Source of the DNA: Candidatus Chazhemtobacterium aquaticus
GTDB taxonomy: Bacteria; Patescibacteriota; Microgenomatia; UBA1400; Chazhemtobacteraceae
NCBI RefSeq assembly: GCF_009936135.1
Contig: NZ_CP047901.1
Span: 475,643 to 539,642, forward strand
DNA length: 64,000 nucleotides
Direction: 5' to 3'
The notes below the pieces were generated by a model, which was not told where the DNA came from, did not search any database, and saw only the letters and a list, made by a program, of their open reading frames with translations. Below, in pieces: positions 1 through 8,736 of the stretch (positions are counted from its first letter, which is position 1; the number at the start of each line of letters is the position of its first letter). The position numbers were made by a program, and so were the translations under genes.

Positions 1-1142
1 GCGGCCATCCTCTTTTTGCCGCTTACTTAACTGGTCTGGTTCATCTGCTTACCACTCTTGCTCTTTTTCTATTTCTCAAAAAGCATACCAAGCATGATCT
101 TATTGCTCTTGCCTCAAGCTTACTTTATGCTTCCACTCTTCATCGCACGGCTTGGAATGTTATGTTCATTCCCCTCCTCTTTATTCTTTTTCTTAATCTA
201 CTCCTTCGTTCCCGCCAGACCCCCAAGAGCTTCTCTTTGCTTTTGTTTTTGGTCAGCCTAGGTATTCACTTTCACTTTCAGTTTGTTTTACTCGCTCCTT
301 TCTTAGGCATATACTTGTTGCTTAATCGTTCCAAACTTCCCTCGCTTAGGTCCAAAAACCTTGCCCTTTATTTTATTGCCCTTCTCATTCCTCTCTTGCC
401 CCTAATCGCCTTTGATCTACGTCATGATTTCATTAACTCCCGCTCTTTCTTAAACTTCTTTGGTTCTGCTCTGACCACCTCTTCAAATTTGCCTTACTTA
501 CAGTTACTTCGTTTCTCTGCCCGCAACATTATCCGCGAAACCTCTCTCTATACCCCCCTCCCGCTTAATCTCGACTATCTCTTCCTCCCTTTAGCTTACA
601 TTGGTTCCTTAATTGTGGTTTTAAGGAAGAAAAGATCTCTTCTTCCCTTGGCTCTTTTCCCAGTAATCTCTCTCTTTGCTCTTTCTCTTTACTCACCCCC
701 CACCTGGCCCGAGTACTATCACCTCCTTGCCGTTCTCTCCTTCATTGTTCTTGTTTCATATTTGATTGCTTCATCTCCTCATCTCATCAAGTCTCTTTAC
801 TTCGTTTTTGTTCTCATTGCTCTGGTCACCTCTCTTCAATATCTCCACACATATACCAACTCAGACGGTTACGACTCTCGCCAGGCTGTCATTAAGTATA
901 TTCTTGACACCTCCTCACCTCTTCAACCCAATATCCGTTACCACTTCCCTCCCGGTCAGGGCTTAGGTTTTACCCCCATCAGAGACTATCTCTCCACCCA
1001 GTATGACTTAACTGATCAGTACTCAAATACTCAATTCGACGTCTTTTTTACTTCCTCTCCTCCTCCTGCTCTTCCTACTTCCACCGACCAAGTTAGTTTC
1101 GGCGTTTACACCGTTTCGCTTTCCTCGACAGAAGAGAGATAG
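1..1142 (+). CDS. 5'-truncated polytopic membrane protein, GT-C-fold glycosyltransferase-like. The frame is open from the window start (nt 3); the ATG at 162 is internal.
   Basis: Frame 0 has no stop codon from nt 3 to 1142. The product is hydrophobic and multi-TM (e.g. RTAWNVMFIPLLFILFL). It sits next to other GT-C genes. Function is inferred from context. Confidence 0.45.
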   Translation, partial: GHPLFAAYLTGLVHLLTTLALFLFLKKHTKHDLIALASSLLYASTLHRTAWNVMFIPLLFILFLNLLLRSRQTPKSFSLLLFLVSLGIHFHFQFVLLAPFLGIYLLLNRSKLPSLRSKNLALYFIALLIPLLPLIAFDLRHDFINSRSFLNFFGSALTTSSNLPYLQLLRFSARNIIRETSLYTPLPLNLDYLFLPLAYIGSLIVVLRKKRSLLPLALFPVISLFALSLYSPPTWPEYYHLLAVLSFIVLVSYLIASSPHLIKSLYFVFVLIALVTSLQYLHTYTNSDGYDSRQAVIKYILDTSSPLQPNIRYHFPPGQGLGFTPIRDYLSTQYDLTDQYSNTQFDVFFTSSPPPALPTSTDQVSFGVYTVSLSSTEER

Positions 1143-1158
1143 AAAAGACTATAGTTAT

Positions 1159-1827
1159 ATGCCCAATAAACACATCCAAGATATTAATAAAAAGCTACAG
1201 CAAAACAACTGGTCAAGAGATAATCCTCAGTCTTCCAAAGAGATTGTCAAATTTTTGATAACATCATCCAACATCTTTTCAAACATTCCTGGCTACATTA
1301 GTGTTTTAAGGTCAATTTCACAAAGTCTAAATGATACGGCCGCTTTACGTTGGATAAATCATTTTTCATCAATCAGATCTGCCTATTTCTTACAGAGCAA
1401 AAACATTAACGTTTCTGCATTTGAAAAGAAAAGCGGAAATAAAAAAGTCGACTTAGAACTGAACAACAAAACTCTATGCGAAGTAAAGTCCTTTGAACCA
1501 ATCATGAGCAGATCTAACAGTGCTCTTCAAAATGTGGAATACGTCATGAATAATTTTCTAAAAAACAAACTGATGCCAGCATTTAATGATCAAAGGGCTG
1601 ACTTGGTAATAATTGATGATATCTTTTCTGACAATTCAAAAAATTATCAACTTCTTAATTATTTCCTATCATTCATTAATGATCCTGCAACAGAGCGATA
1701 CGGAACAATTAATTCAATTCTTGGTAAATATCTTTCGAGAATTATTGTGGTTAGCTTTACTCAGTCAATAGTTAAAAACCCCACACTACGATTCGTCGGA
1801 GATCAATGGGAAAAACTCTTGAAATAA
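1159..1827 (+). CDS. Hypothetical soluble protein, AT-rich orphan.
   Basis: Intact 222-aa ORF with no recognisable motif. GC is markedly lower than the neighbours, which suggests horizontal acquisition. Confidence 0.4.
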   Translation: MPNKHIQDINKKLQQNNWSRDNPQSSKEIVKFLITSSNIFSNIPGYISVLRSISQSLNDTAALRWINHFSSIRSAYFLQSKNINVSAFEKKSGNKKVDLELNNKTLCEVKSFEPIMSRSNSALQNVEYVMNNFLKNKLMPAFNDQRADLVIIDDIFSDNSKNYQLLNYFLSFINDPATERYGTINSILGKYLSRIIVVSFTQSIVKNPTLRFVGDQWEKLLK

Positions 1828-1830
1828 CTA

Positions 1831-2349
1831 CTATCTTGTGACATCCCTCCCTATTCCATCTCGAAATCCATCAAACTTTTTTCTCATGTCTTGTCTGTTT
1901 CGTATTCCGATATCCCAGGAATCCAGTCCTTTGTCAACAATAACCATGCCCGAAGTGTGTCTCAAACCAATGTTTAGGTTGGCTGCATCAACATAGTATC
2001 TTTTCCCCTTTATCTCAATCTCGGCAATCACATGTCCAACAATTGGATCACCACCTTTTTCCAGCCATTCCCGACTTAACATCTCCACATACCAGGCTTT
2101 TATCCCCGCCGCTCTCGCCAATACTAAAAACACCAGTGTAAAATCCGTACAACCTGTTGCCCAGCCATTGCCTACAATCTCTGCCGCCGTTCTGCGCCTA
2201 AATACCTCAGGCTTCCTCTCTGATCGTATGTTGCCCTTAATCCATTCCAAAATTTCCAAAACTGATTCCACGTCATTCCCAAACTTATTTTCCTCCACTA
2301 CTCTTTCTATCTCCCCAGTTATCTTCGTCTGTTCACCGCTTTCCATCAT
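1831..2349 (-). CDS. Transglutaminase-like (Cys-His-Asp) superfamily protein.
   Basis: A catalytic-Cys motif GWATGCTDFTLVFLVLARAAGI is followed by His (GHVIAEI) and Asp (YYVDAAN) in the order seen in transglutaminase-like cysteine proteases. There is no signal peptide. Confidence 0.6.
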   Translation of the reverse strand: MMESGEQTKITGEIERVVEENKFGNDVESVLEILEWIKGNIRSERKPEVFRRRTAAEIVGNGWATGCTDFTLVFLVLARAAGIKAWYVEMLSREWLEKGGDPIVGHVIAEIEIKGKRYYVDAANLNIGLRHTSGMVIVDKGLDSWDIGIRNRQDMRKKFDGFRDGIGRDVTR

Positions 2350-4006
2350 TTTTGAATTTAAATGAATTCATTAATAACCAGAATATTATCACAGCACCAC
2401 CGATAACACTCATTATATTAGCCCCCTTTTCAATATTTGTTTGTCTAATGGTTAGTACCACCTCATTTACACCACTGGGTAACTCAATCTCAATATACCC
2501 ACCATCCTCACTTGGCTTGCTCTCAACCACCTCTCCGTTTACCTCTACCTGCCAGAGGGGTAGATAATACTTTGATATCTCAACCTTTCCCTCATTCTCC
2601 ATCTCCACACTCCACCTACCTCTCTCTCCATGTCGTACTTCTTTAGTTTCCAGTTTGGCAATACCCTCACCCCGTATCTGCCAATCAACCTGCCAGTTTT
2701 GTTGAGATGCTGTTTTAGGTAGAGCCTCCCAGGCAATATCAGTTGATCCTGGTTGTAACCTGGCTTCTTGTTCCCACTTACTTAGAGGTTGCATTCCCCC
2801 GGTCAGTGTTCTAGTGATGTTTCGATTGCTCACTCCTGCCAGTAGCAGTAGCAACACCATCATCCACCAGCCGCTTTTCTCCACCAACCAAGCAGCCAAA
2901 AAGCTCACTCCAACCGCACTCACAATCAACCATCGCCAGGGAAATTGAATCTGCGCTAGGATACTAACTTTTTGCCACAACCATTCGGATACTGGTAGCA
3001 TCAGGTACAAGCCAAGCAGTACCACTCCGCCAGATACTAGTGCCATCTTTGTTTTTGTTTTCTCTTTGTTTTGTTCTTTTCTAAAGAATGTCACCAGTAA
3101 AGCTATTACCGACAGTCCGAACACTACCCACTGGGTGATCCCCAGCATGAAGGACATGCCATCATCGTCTCCACTCTCCGAGTATCCATACCCCCATCTG
3201 GAATATATTACTTGTCTTAAGGTCGGCCAGTGTTGTTGATAATCAACTGCATTGTGGTTAGACAACGCTACCCAGTCCATCTCCGCAATTGCCGGCAGCC
3301 AAAACCAGGCTGCCATCACCACCCCCAGCAATCCAAAGATGATTAGTTTAAACCAACCTTTTTTGTACCATCTGGCTAGTGCCAAACCATAAATCGCGAT
3401 TACTGGAGCAAAGATCAAGGCAGTTACATTATGTGCTGGGATCAAGCCAGCTACCCCAAGACTTACCAAACCCAGATACTTTTCTTTTTGTTTAACCATC
3501 ACCTCACTCATTGCCCACAGTACCACCATCGCCATTGCCCAAGCCAAAATAGTTCCAAAAGATCCAATCACTAAAGTAATCAAAAATCGATAGGGGACAA
3601 GTAGTAGCAGTACTGCTCCGGTTAACGCCGCTTTTTTCTCAAAAAAGCATCTCATCCACTTATATCCTGCCCACACCGACAGCCAGCTACACAGCAACAC
3701 CACCACCTTGATTGCATCTTGAGCTGTTAACCCCAGTAACACCAAGCCGGCAGTAAAGTAGTGGAATAAAGGATATGCGTAATTAAATACTGGATAGCCT
3801 CGACCATAAGCCAGCTCATCAGCCATTCGCACCGGAAACTGACCTAAAGAAAGTTCATGAGCCATCGCCTCCACTCTGATTAAGTGAAACAGCCCATCAT
3901 GAGACTCATAAAACCCAGGTTGCAGTAATGCCTTAAACACAATCAACACCAGTAGCAGCAAGCCTACTGCTATTCCCACCTCTATTCGTATATCCTTAGT
4001 CTTCAT
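2333..4006 (-). CDS. Polytopic membrane protein with C-terminal extracytoplasmic domain, putative GT-C-like glycosyltransferase (HDGxFHL subfamily).
   Basis: 557 aa. After the first TM the N-terminus carries the motif ESHDGLFHLIRVEAMAH. At least 10 predicted TM segments are followed by a soluble roughly 170-aa tail that ends in a TM. Confidence 0.5.
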   Translation of the reverse strand: MKTKDIRIEVGIAVGLLLLVLIVFKALLQPGFYESHDGLFHLIRVEAMAHELSLGQFPVRMADELAYGRGYPVFNYAYPLFHYFTAGLVLLGLTAQDAIKVVVLLCSWLSVWAGYKWMRCFFEKKAALTGAVLLLLVPYRFLITLVIGSFGTILAWAMAMVVLWAMSEVMVKQKEKYLGLVSLGVAGLIPAHNVTALIFAPVIAIYGLALARWYKKGWFKLIIFGLLGVVMAAWFWLPAIAEMDWVALSNHNAVDYQQHWPTLRQVIYSRWGYGYSESGDDDGMSFMLGITQWVVFGLSVIALLVTFFRKEQNKEKTKTKMALVSGGVVLLGLYLMLPVSEWLWQKVSILAQIQFPWRWLIVSAVGVSFLAAWLVEKSGWWMMVLLLLLAGVSNRNITRTLTGGMQPLSKWEQEARLQPGSTDIAWEALPKTASQQNWQVDWQIRGEGIAKLETKEVRHGERGRWSVEMENEGKVEISKYYLPLWQVEVNGEVVESKPSEDGGYIEIELPSGVNEVVLTIRQTNIEKGANIMSVIGGAVIIFWLLMNSFKFKNDGKR

Positions 4007-4049
4007 TTAAGTTAGAATTAACATAGACAACCAACACCAGTCTATCATT

Positions 4050-4943
4050 ATGAAACCAACCATCGACATCATCATCCCTAGCTTCAAAGGCAAGAAGTTA
4101 CTTCAAAGGCACTTACCTGATGTACTCAAACACTCTCCTGATTGCGGCATCATTGTCATCAATGATGGTCCCGATGATGGGACTGTAGAGTACCTAAACA
4201 AGCATTTTCCCAAAATTAAATACCTGCAAAATTCAAAGAATCTAGGTTTCCCCAAAACCATCAATCGGGGAGTAGCTGCCTCTAAAGCTGACTATGTTGT
4301 ATTAATGAACAACGACGTCTCACCTCAAAAAGGATATCTCACCTCTGCTCTTAAGATTTTAGATGATCCCAAAGTCTTTGCCGTTACCTTTAATGAACAG
4401 CAATCCTCCTGGCCAAAAGTTGTCTGGCAGAATGGCAAGATCACTTTTACCAGAGGCCAAGACAAAAACAAGGCCCGCTACTCTGCCTGGGCCAGTGGTG
4501 GCAGCTCCATCATCAAACGCTCTCTCTGGAACAAGCTTGGTGGATTTAATCCTCTTTACTCACCCGGTTACTGGGAAGATATTGATCTAGGTTGGCGGGC
4601 TTGGAAACTGGGTTTCCGCATTGTCTGGGATCCTGACTCCCACGTCATCCATCAGCATGAGTCTACCTTCAAGACTCTGCCTCAAAACAAACTCAATCTC
4701 CTAAAACAAAGAAACGAGCTTTTGTATCACTGGCAGACCATCACCGACTCCAATCTGGTTTTCTCTCACCTTAAGTTCTTACTCACCCACACTCTCGCCC
4801 ATCCGGGTTACATAAAGGTCATATTGGCAGCTCTTCTACTTACTCCTCAGGTAACCAAAAACTATATCAAGCTAAGCAGGCAAGCCAAGGTAACTGATCG
4901 TCATATCCTAAAAACAGTTAACACTCCCTACTCGCGTTCGTAG
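4050..4943 (+). CDS. Glycosyltransferase family 2.
   Basis: N-terminal GT-A signature IIIPSFKGKKLLQRHLP...GIIVINDGPDDGT...NLGFPKTINRGV...VVLMNNDV (DxD-like). Confidence 0.75.
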   Translation: MKPTIDIIIPSFKGKKLLQRHLPDVLKHSPDCGIIVINDGPDDGTVEYLNKHFPKIKYLQNSKNLGFPKTINRGVAASKADYVVLMNNDVSPQKGYLTSALKILDDPKVFAVTFNEQQSSWPKVVWQNGKITFTRGQDKNKARYSAWASGGSSIIKRSLWNKLGGFNPLYSPGYWEDIDLGWRAWKLGFRIVWDPDSHVIHQHESTFKTLPQNKLNLLKQRNELLYHWQTITDSNLVFSHLKFLLTHTLAHPGYIKVILAALLLTPQVTKNYIKLSRQAKVTDRHILKTVNTPYSRS

Positions 4944-4980
4944 TTTCCCCCTTGCTTTCTTTGCTATCATCATCTTAAGG

Positions 4981-5649
4981 GTGATCCCTACTTTCATGGT
5001 CATATCCGGCTCTTTAGTCACCGACCAACTCTTACAACTCCGCTTTCCTACAAGCGGTCAGTTAAGTCACCTTAATTTTTCCATCGGTAATCGAGTCAGT
5101 AAGGGCCAGCTACTAGCCAGGCTTAATCAATCAGATCGTCAGACATATCTTGACCGGGCACTTAAGCAATATGAAAAAACCAGAGCTGAGTTTGATGCCA
5201 AAACCAAGACAGATCTAACCGAATACGAACGCACCAAGCTACAATCAGAACTAGACATCTCAGTCAAAAATGTTGAGCTGGCCAAGATCGATCTTGAAGC
5301 CACCAATCTCTACTCTCCCATCACTGGACTTGTTGTCGCCGCCGACTCTGGTGCCGTCGGCATGAATATCACCCCAGCCGCCTTTACCATTACCTTGCTT
5401 GATCCCAACTCCATATATTTTCAAGGGTATATTGACCAAAAAGACCTCTCCTCCATAGAGGTTAGTCAGCCTGCCACCATTGCACTTACTGCTTACCCGG
5501 ATTTGGTTTTAACCGGTCAAGTTACCAGAGTAGGTTTCTTACCCCACAAAAGCAGTTATCCAGTTGCTGTCTCCATTGATGGTGACAAGGACCATCTTCG
5601 TCTTGGTCTAACCGGCAAAGCCACTCTCACCCATGGCCAAGAAAAATAG
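4981..5649 (+). CDS. HlyD-family periplasmic adaptor-like protein lacking the N-terminal TM anchor and with only a short coiled-coil hairpin; possible gene remnant.
   Basis: Lipoyl half-motifs (NFSIGNRVSKGQLLARLNQ ... YSPITGLVV) flank a short coiled coil, followed by a beta-barrel-like C-terminal part. It starts with GTG, there is no upstream ORF in frame, and no membrane anchor. Confidence 0.45.
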   Translation: MIPTFMVISGSLVTDQLLQLRFPTSGQLSHLNFSIGNRVSKGQLLARLNQSDRQTYLDRALKQYEKTRAEFDAKTKTDLTEYERTKLQSELDISVKNVELAKIDLEATNLYSPITGLVVAADSGAVGMNITPAAFTITLLDPNSIYFQGYIDQKDLSSIEVSQPATIALTAYPDLVLTGQVTRVGFLPHKSSYPVAVSIDGDKDHLRLGLTGKATLTHGQEK

Positions 5650-6313
5650 CCCGCCATCTGCCAACTTAAAAAAGCTTGTCATCAGTTCTACTCTTGCTGC
5701 CACCTTGGTTGGTTCTGCCTTCTGGATTGTTAACAACAACAAACCAGTTCAACCCCTTCCTTCATATCAAGTCAAACAAGTTATAGACGGTGATACCTTC
5801 ATTACTACCGACAATCAACACGTCAGACTTCGTGATGCCCAGGCTCCTGATCAGGGCCACTGCGGTTACCAACAAGCCAAAGACGAGCTCTCCCGCCTCA
5901 TCTTAAACAAACCTGTATACCTTATTGTCCGCTATCACGACTCCTATCGCCTCTACGCCGATGTCTTCACCCCTGATGGGGAAGTCAACGAGTTAATGAT
6001 CAAAAGCGGTTGGGCCCGATATGACAGAGGCCTAAAACCCCACCTCGTTGCCGCCCGTCAACACGCCCAGCAGCAGAACTTGGGTATATATGGTTCCTGC
6101 ATTACCACCACGCCAGATGACCCCAACTGTCTTATTAAAGGCAACATCAACACCAAGACCGGTGAAAAGATCTACTATTTTCCCGGCTGTATCTCCTACA
6201 ACCGCACCATTGTTGACAAGGATCTAGGCGAGAGTTGGTTTTGTAGCGAGATTGAGGCTCGGCAATCAGGCTTCAGAAAAGCTCTAACCTGTTTCTCCCG
6301 TTCCTGGCCATAA
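5633..6313 (+). CDS. Membrane-anchored thermonuclease (staphylococcal-nuclease-like) with Cys-rich C-terminal module.
   Basis: N-terminal TM (LVISSTLAATLVGSAFWIV). SNase signature VIDGDTFITTDNQHVRLRDAQAPD. The C-terminus has 7 Cys and a GEKIYYFPGCISY motif. Overlaps the previous ORF by 17 nt. Confidence 0.65.
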   Translation: MAKKNSPPSANLKKLVISSTLAATLVGSAFWIVNNNKPVQPLPSYQVKQVIDGDTFITTDNQHVRLRDAQAPDQGHCGYQQAKDELSRLILNKPVYLIVRYHDSYRLYADVFTPDGEVNELMIKSGWARYDRGLKPHLVAARQHAQQQNLGIYGSCITTTPDDPNCLIKGNINTKTGEKIYYFPGCISYNRTIVDKDLGESWFCSEIEARQSGFRKALTCFSRSWP

Positions 6314-6349
6314 TCTTACTCACTGTTGCACATGAGTTAGAATCTACTC

Positions 6350-7162
6350 ATGGATCTCTCCATCATCATCATCACTTACAACTCAAGACAACACATCACT
6401 CCTTTGCTTAACTCAATTAAAAAATCACCCGATCGTCTCAAGAAAGAAATCATTGTTGTTGACAACGCCTCGCGAGATGACTCTGCTGATCTAGCCTCAA
6501 AACATCCATTAAAACCCAAAGTCATTCGCTCCAAGATCAATCAGGGCTTCTCCAAGGCCGTCAATCAGGCAATCAAAGCTTCATCAGGTCAACATCTCCT
6601 CCTGCTCAACCCTGACACGCGCTTAGTGGGCAACTGTTTAACATATCTTCACGACTTTGCTTCAAAAACCTCGCCCCTAGGCGCTGTCTCTCCACGTCTG
6701 CTTGGTCTTAATGGCCGCCCCCAGCCTTCCGTTTTTCGCTTTCCCACTATTATCAATGCCATCCGTCACTACTTCTTTAATTGCCAAAACTGCTTTGGCA
6801 AATACCTGCCACCCAACAAAACCACCAAAGTAGATGTTGCCGTTATGGCTGCCATGCTCATACCCCGTTCTACTATAGATACCGTTGGTGTTCTTGACGA
6901 GAGATTCTTCCTTTACTATGAAGATATTGAGTTTTGCAGACGACTCAAAAAACACCGTCTGCCGCTCTATTACCTTCCCCAGGCTAAAGTTAAACATGCC
7001 CACGGAGCATCAGGCCACTTCCGCTCTCATCTAGACAGCCCCTTACTTAAATCAGCCCAAATCTACCATGGTCGAGTTTACTCTACCCTGCTTAATCTCA
7101 CTCTCTTGCTTGGTCAGAAATGGCAAAAGTTCATCCGTCACCCCCTTCCTAAACTTGGCTAA
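6350..7162 (+). CDS. Glycosyltransferase family 2.
   Basis: LSIIIITYNSRQHI...IIVVDNASRDDS...KINQGFSKAVNQAI...LLLLNPDT. Confidence 0.75.
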   Translation: MDLSIIIITYNSRQHITPLLNSIKKSPDRLKKEIIVVDNASRDDSADLASKHPLKPKVIRSKINQGFSKAVNQAIKASSGQHLLLLNPDTRLVGNCLTYLHDFASKTSPLGAVSPRLLGLNGRPQPSVFRFPTIINAIRHYFFNCQNCFGKYLPPNKTTKVDVAVMAAMLIPRSTIDTVGVLDERFFLYYEDIEFCRRLKKHRLPLYYLPQAKVKHAHGASGHFRSHLDSPLLKSAQIYHGRVYSTLLNLTLLLGQKWQKFIRHPLPKLG

Positions 7163-7174
7163 ATATTTTCCCTC

Positions 7175-7201
7175 TTGACCTTTTTACTTTCGTTATATAA
7201 A
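7175..7201 (+). promoter_or_regulatory. Sigma70-like promoter candidate (TTGACC -35; TATATA/TATAAA -10 with 13-15 bp spacer).
   Basis: TTGACC at 7175-7180; ttatataaa at 7193-7201. It lies 13 bp after the GT2 stop and immediately upstream of a hairpin, SD and sORF. Confidence 0.3.
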
Positions 7202-7257
7202 GCACGCCTTAATGCACACCCGTGCATCAACGTACATTTGTTGTAAGGAGGTGTTCT

Positions 7258-7362
7258 ATGTTCACCGGTCGCGCTCGCATTCGTGGAAGTCCGATCAACG
7301 TTTCCGAGAACCTCACGCTGGCGCCATCGAACATCACCATCCTGGGCCGCGAGGAAGGATAG
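7258..7362 (+). CDS. Candidate 34-aa sORF (MFTGRARIRGSPINVSENLTLAPSNITILGREEG) preceded by a near-consensus Shine-Dalgarno; a leader peptide or small protein.
   Basis: AAGGAGGTG at 7245-7253 lies 5-6 nt upstream of the ATG at 7258. Stop is TAG at 7360-7362. The ORF sits inside a GC-rich (about 60%) segment, so it could instead be part of a structured RNA. Confidence 0.25.
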   Translation: MFTGRARIRGSPINVSENLTLAPSNITILGREEG

Positions 7363-7420
7363 CCGCGTCGATCTGCCGCATCCTTGCCTCCAAGTAATAC
7401 AACAGCAGTACCCGCATCAC

Positions 7421-7470
7421 GCCCCGCCGCCTGGCACACACACCGCCGACGACGGGGCCCCTTTTTATCT
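7421..7470 (+). terminator. Intrinsic-terminator-like GC stem followed by a U-tract.
   Basis: GCCCCG (7421-7426) pairs with CGGGGC (7453-7458), followed by CCCTTTTTAT. The palindrome GGGGCCCC is directly followed by TTTTT. Confidence 0.3.
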
Positions 7471-7509
7471 TCCTTTCCTCTTTTTTCTCCGACACGCTAC
7501 AATATCCTT

Positions 7510-8736
7510 GTGAAATTAAAACTTCCTCGCTTAGTCATCTTTTCCATCGTTATTGGTATTCTGCTCCGTCTCATTTTTGCTCTCACCACCTATCACGGTG
7601 ATCTGGCTGCCTTGGTTCTAGCCGGTGACTCTCTGGCGGTTAAACACCAGTTCATCAACTTCTACGAATCGGTTTTCACCATTGGCACTCAGGGTGAGCT
7701 CAAGCTCCCCGACCACCAGATGACCTTCATCTACCAACCCTTAGCCTACTTCATCCCCGGTCTTATCTACCTTCCCTTTGCCGGTGTCTTAAAAGGCTTA
7801 GTCGATGGTTTGCTTCACATCAATCCCTATTTACTGGCAGGCAAATCTCTCTTCTTCCCTCTCCTTATATACAAGCTCCCCCTTATTCTCGCTGACCTAG
7901 GCACTCTCTTCCTGTTGCCTAAATTCTTTACCAAGAAGAAAGATCAACATCTCTCCCTCATCCTCTGGTCGCTTAATCCCCTCGCTATTTACGTCTCTTC
8001 CATGGTCGGCCAGGTTGACGCCATCCTTACCTCCTTCCTGGTTGCCGGACTCCTTGCTTTCAAGAAAGATCGCCTCTACCTCTCCATTTTCTTCTTTACT
8101 CTTTCCGCCTTAGTCAAACCCATTGGTTTGGTTCTTCTTCCTGCCGTTGCCCTTTACCACTACTCGCTTCATCGCCGATTGCTGGATGTCGTCAAACTAG
8201 TTTCCTCAGGACTCCTCACCTATCTTCTGGTCATCGCCCCCTTCCTACCCTCTTTAGCTTATCGCCAGTACACTCTCTTTGCTGAACACATAAACAAGAC
8301 CCTCTTTGCCGGTATTGCCATCTCACCCGGCACCCTCATTCCCTGGTTTTTCATCACCTATGCTGCCATCCTGGTTCTCTTGCTTAATCGCCGTATCTCA
8401 CCTTTCTACGCTCTTGGTGCCGCTTTGTTAGCCAGTCTCTCCTTTACCCATTTCCACCCTCAGTGGTTAATCTGGCTCACTCCTTGGCTCGTTATATACC
8501 TAGTTACCACTAGGGATTGGCTAACTCCTTTGGTTACCCTTTTTTCGTGGTTGGTTATTCTTTTCTCTTTTGAACCAAGCCTAACCTATCATCTTTTCTT
8601 CGGTCTTAATCTAAATCCCATTGCTCTTTCCTCCTCGCTTGCTTCCTTCACTCCTCATTTAATTTCCCTGTCCCGGGCCTGGATTGCTGCCCTTCTGCTC
8701 CATTTCACTCTACAAAAGCCAGCTCATGAAACTTAA
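7510..8736 (+). CDS. Polytopic membrane protein, GT-C-fold glycosyltransferase-like. The start is placed at the in-frame GTG at 7510; the ORF-track start at 7384 lies inside the GC-rich element.
   Basis: At least 10 TM segments. The first loop has an acidic motif (YHGDLAALVLAGDS). A TACAAT box at 7498-7503 lies 6 nt upstream of the GTG, which would fit a leaderless mRNA. The start is uncertain. Confidence 0.45.
   Translation: MKLKLPRLVIFSIVIGILLRLIFALTTYHGDLAALVLAGDSLAVKHQFINFYESVFTIGTQGELKLPDHQMTFIYQPLAYFIPGLIYLPFAGVLKGLVDGLLHINPYLLAGKSLFFPLLIYKLPLILADLGTLFLLPKFFTKKKDQHLSLILWSLNPLAIYVSSMVGQVDAILTSFLVAGLLAFKKDRLYLSIFFFTLSALVKPIGLVLLPAVALYHYSLHRRLLDVVKLVSSGLLTYLLVIAPFLPSLAYRQYTLFAEHINKTLFAGIAISPGTLIPWFFITYAAILVLLLNRRISPFYALGAALLASLSFTHFHPQWLIWLTPWLVIYLVTTRDWLTPLVTLFSWLVILFSFEPSLTYHLFFGLNLNPIALSSSLASFTPHLISLSRAWIAALLLHFTLQKPAHET

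Noticed and set aside
58-261. 67-aa ORF at the window start
   Set aside because: It is an alternate frame of the 5'-truncated GT-C gene, whose own frame is open from nt 3.
6677-7003. Antisense or alternate-frame ORFs inside long genes (e.g. 6677-7003, 9703-9990, 18312-18650, 21954-22265, 24226-24513, 44751-45158, 56886-57325, 60910-61347)
   Set aside because: These are shadow ORFs wholly inside well-supported CDSs on the other strand or frame. They have low-complexity composition and no motifs.
7200-7480. Possible known structured RNA (RNase P, tmRNA, SRP RNA) in the GC-rich element
   Set aside because: Only short chance resemblances were found (GGAAGUCCG, GACGGGG). There is no T-loop GTTCGA, no tmRNA tag ORF ending in ALAA, and no RNase P P4 or SRP domain IV consensus. 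It is left as an unclassified candidate.
7384-7509. TTG-initiated N-terminal extension (MPPSNTTAVPASRPAAW...) of the GT-C gene in the ORF track
   Set aside because: It lies entirely within the GC-rich element and its terminator-like stem. It is Pro/Arg-rich and non-hydrophobic, unlike every other GT-C N-terminus here. The in-frame GTG at 7510 gives the conserved K-rich, TM-helix start.
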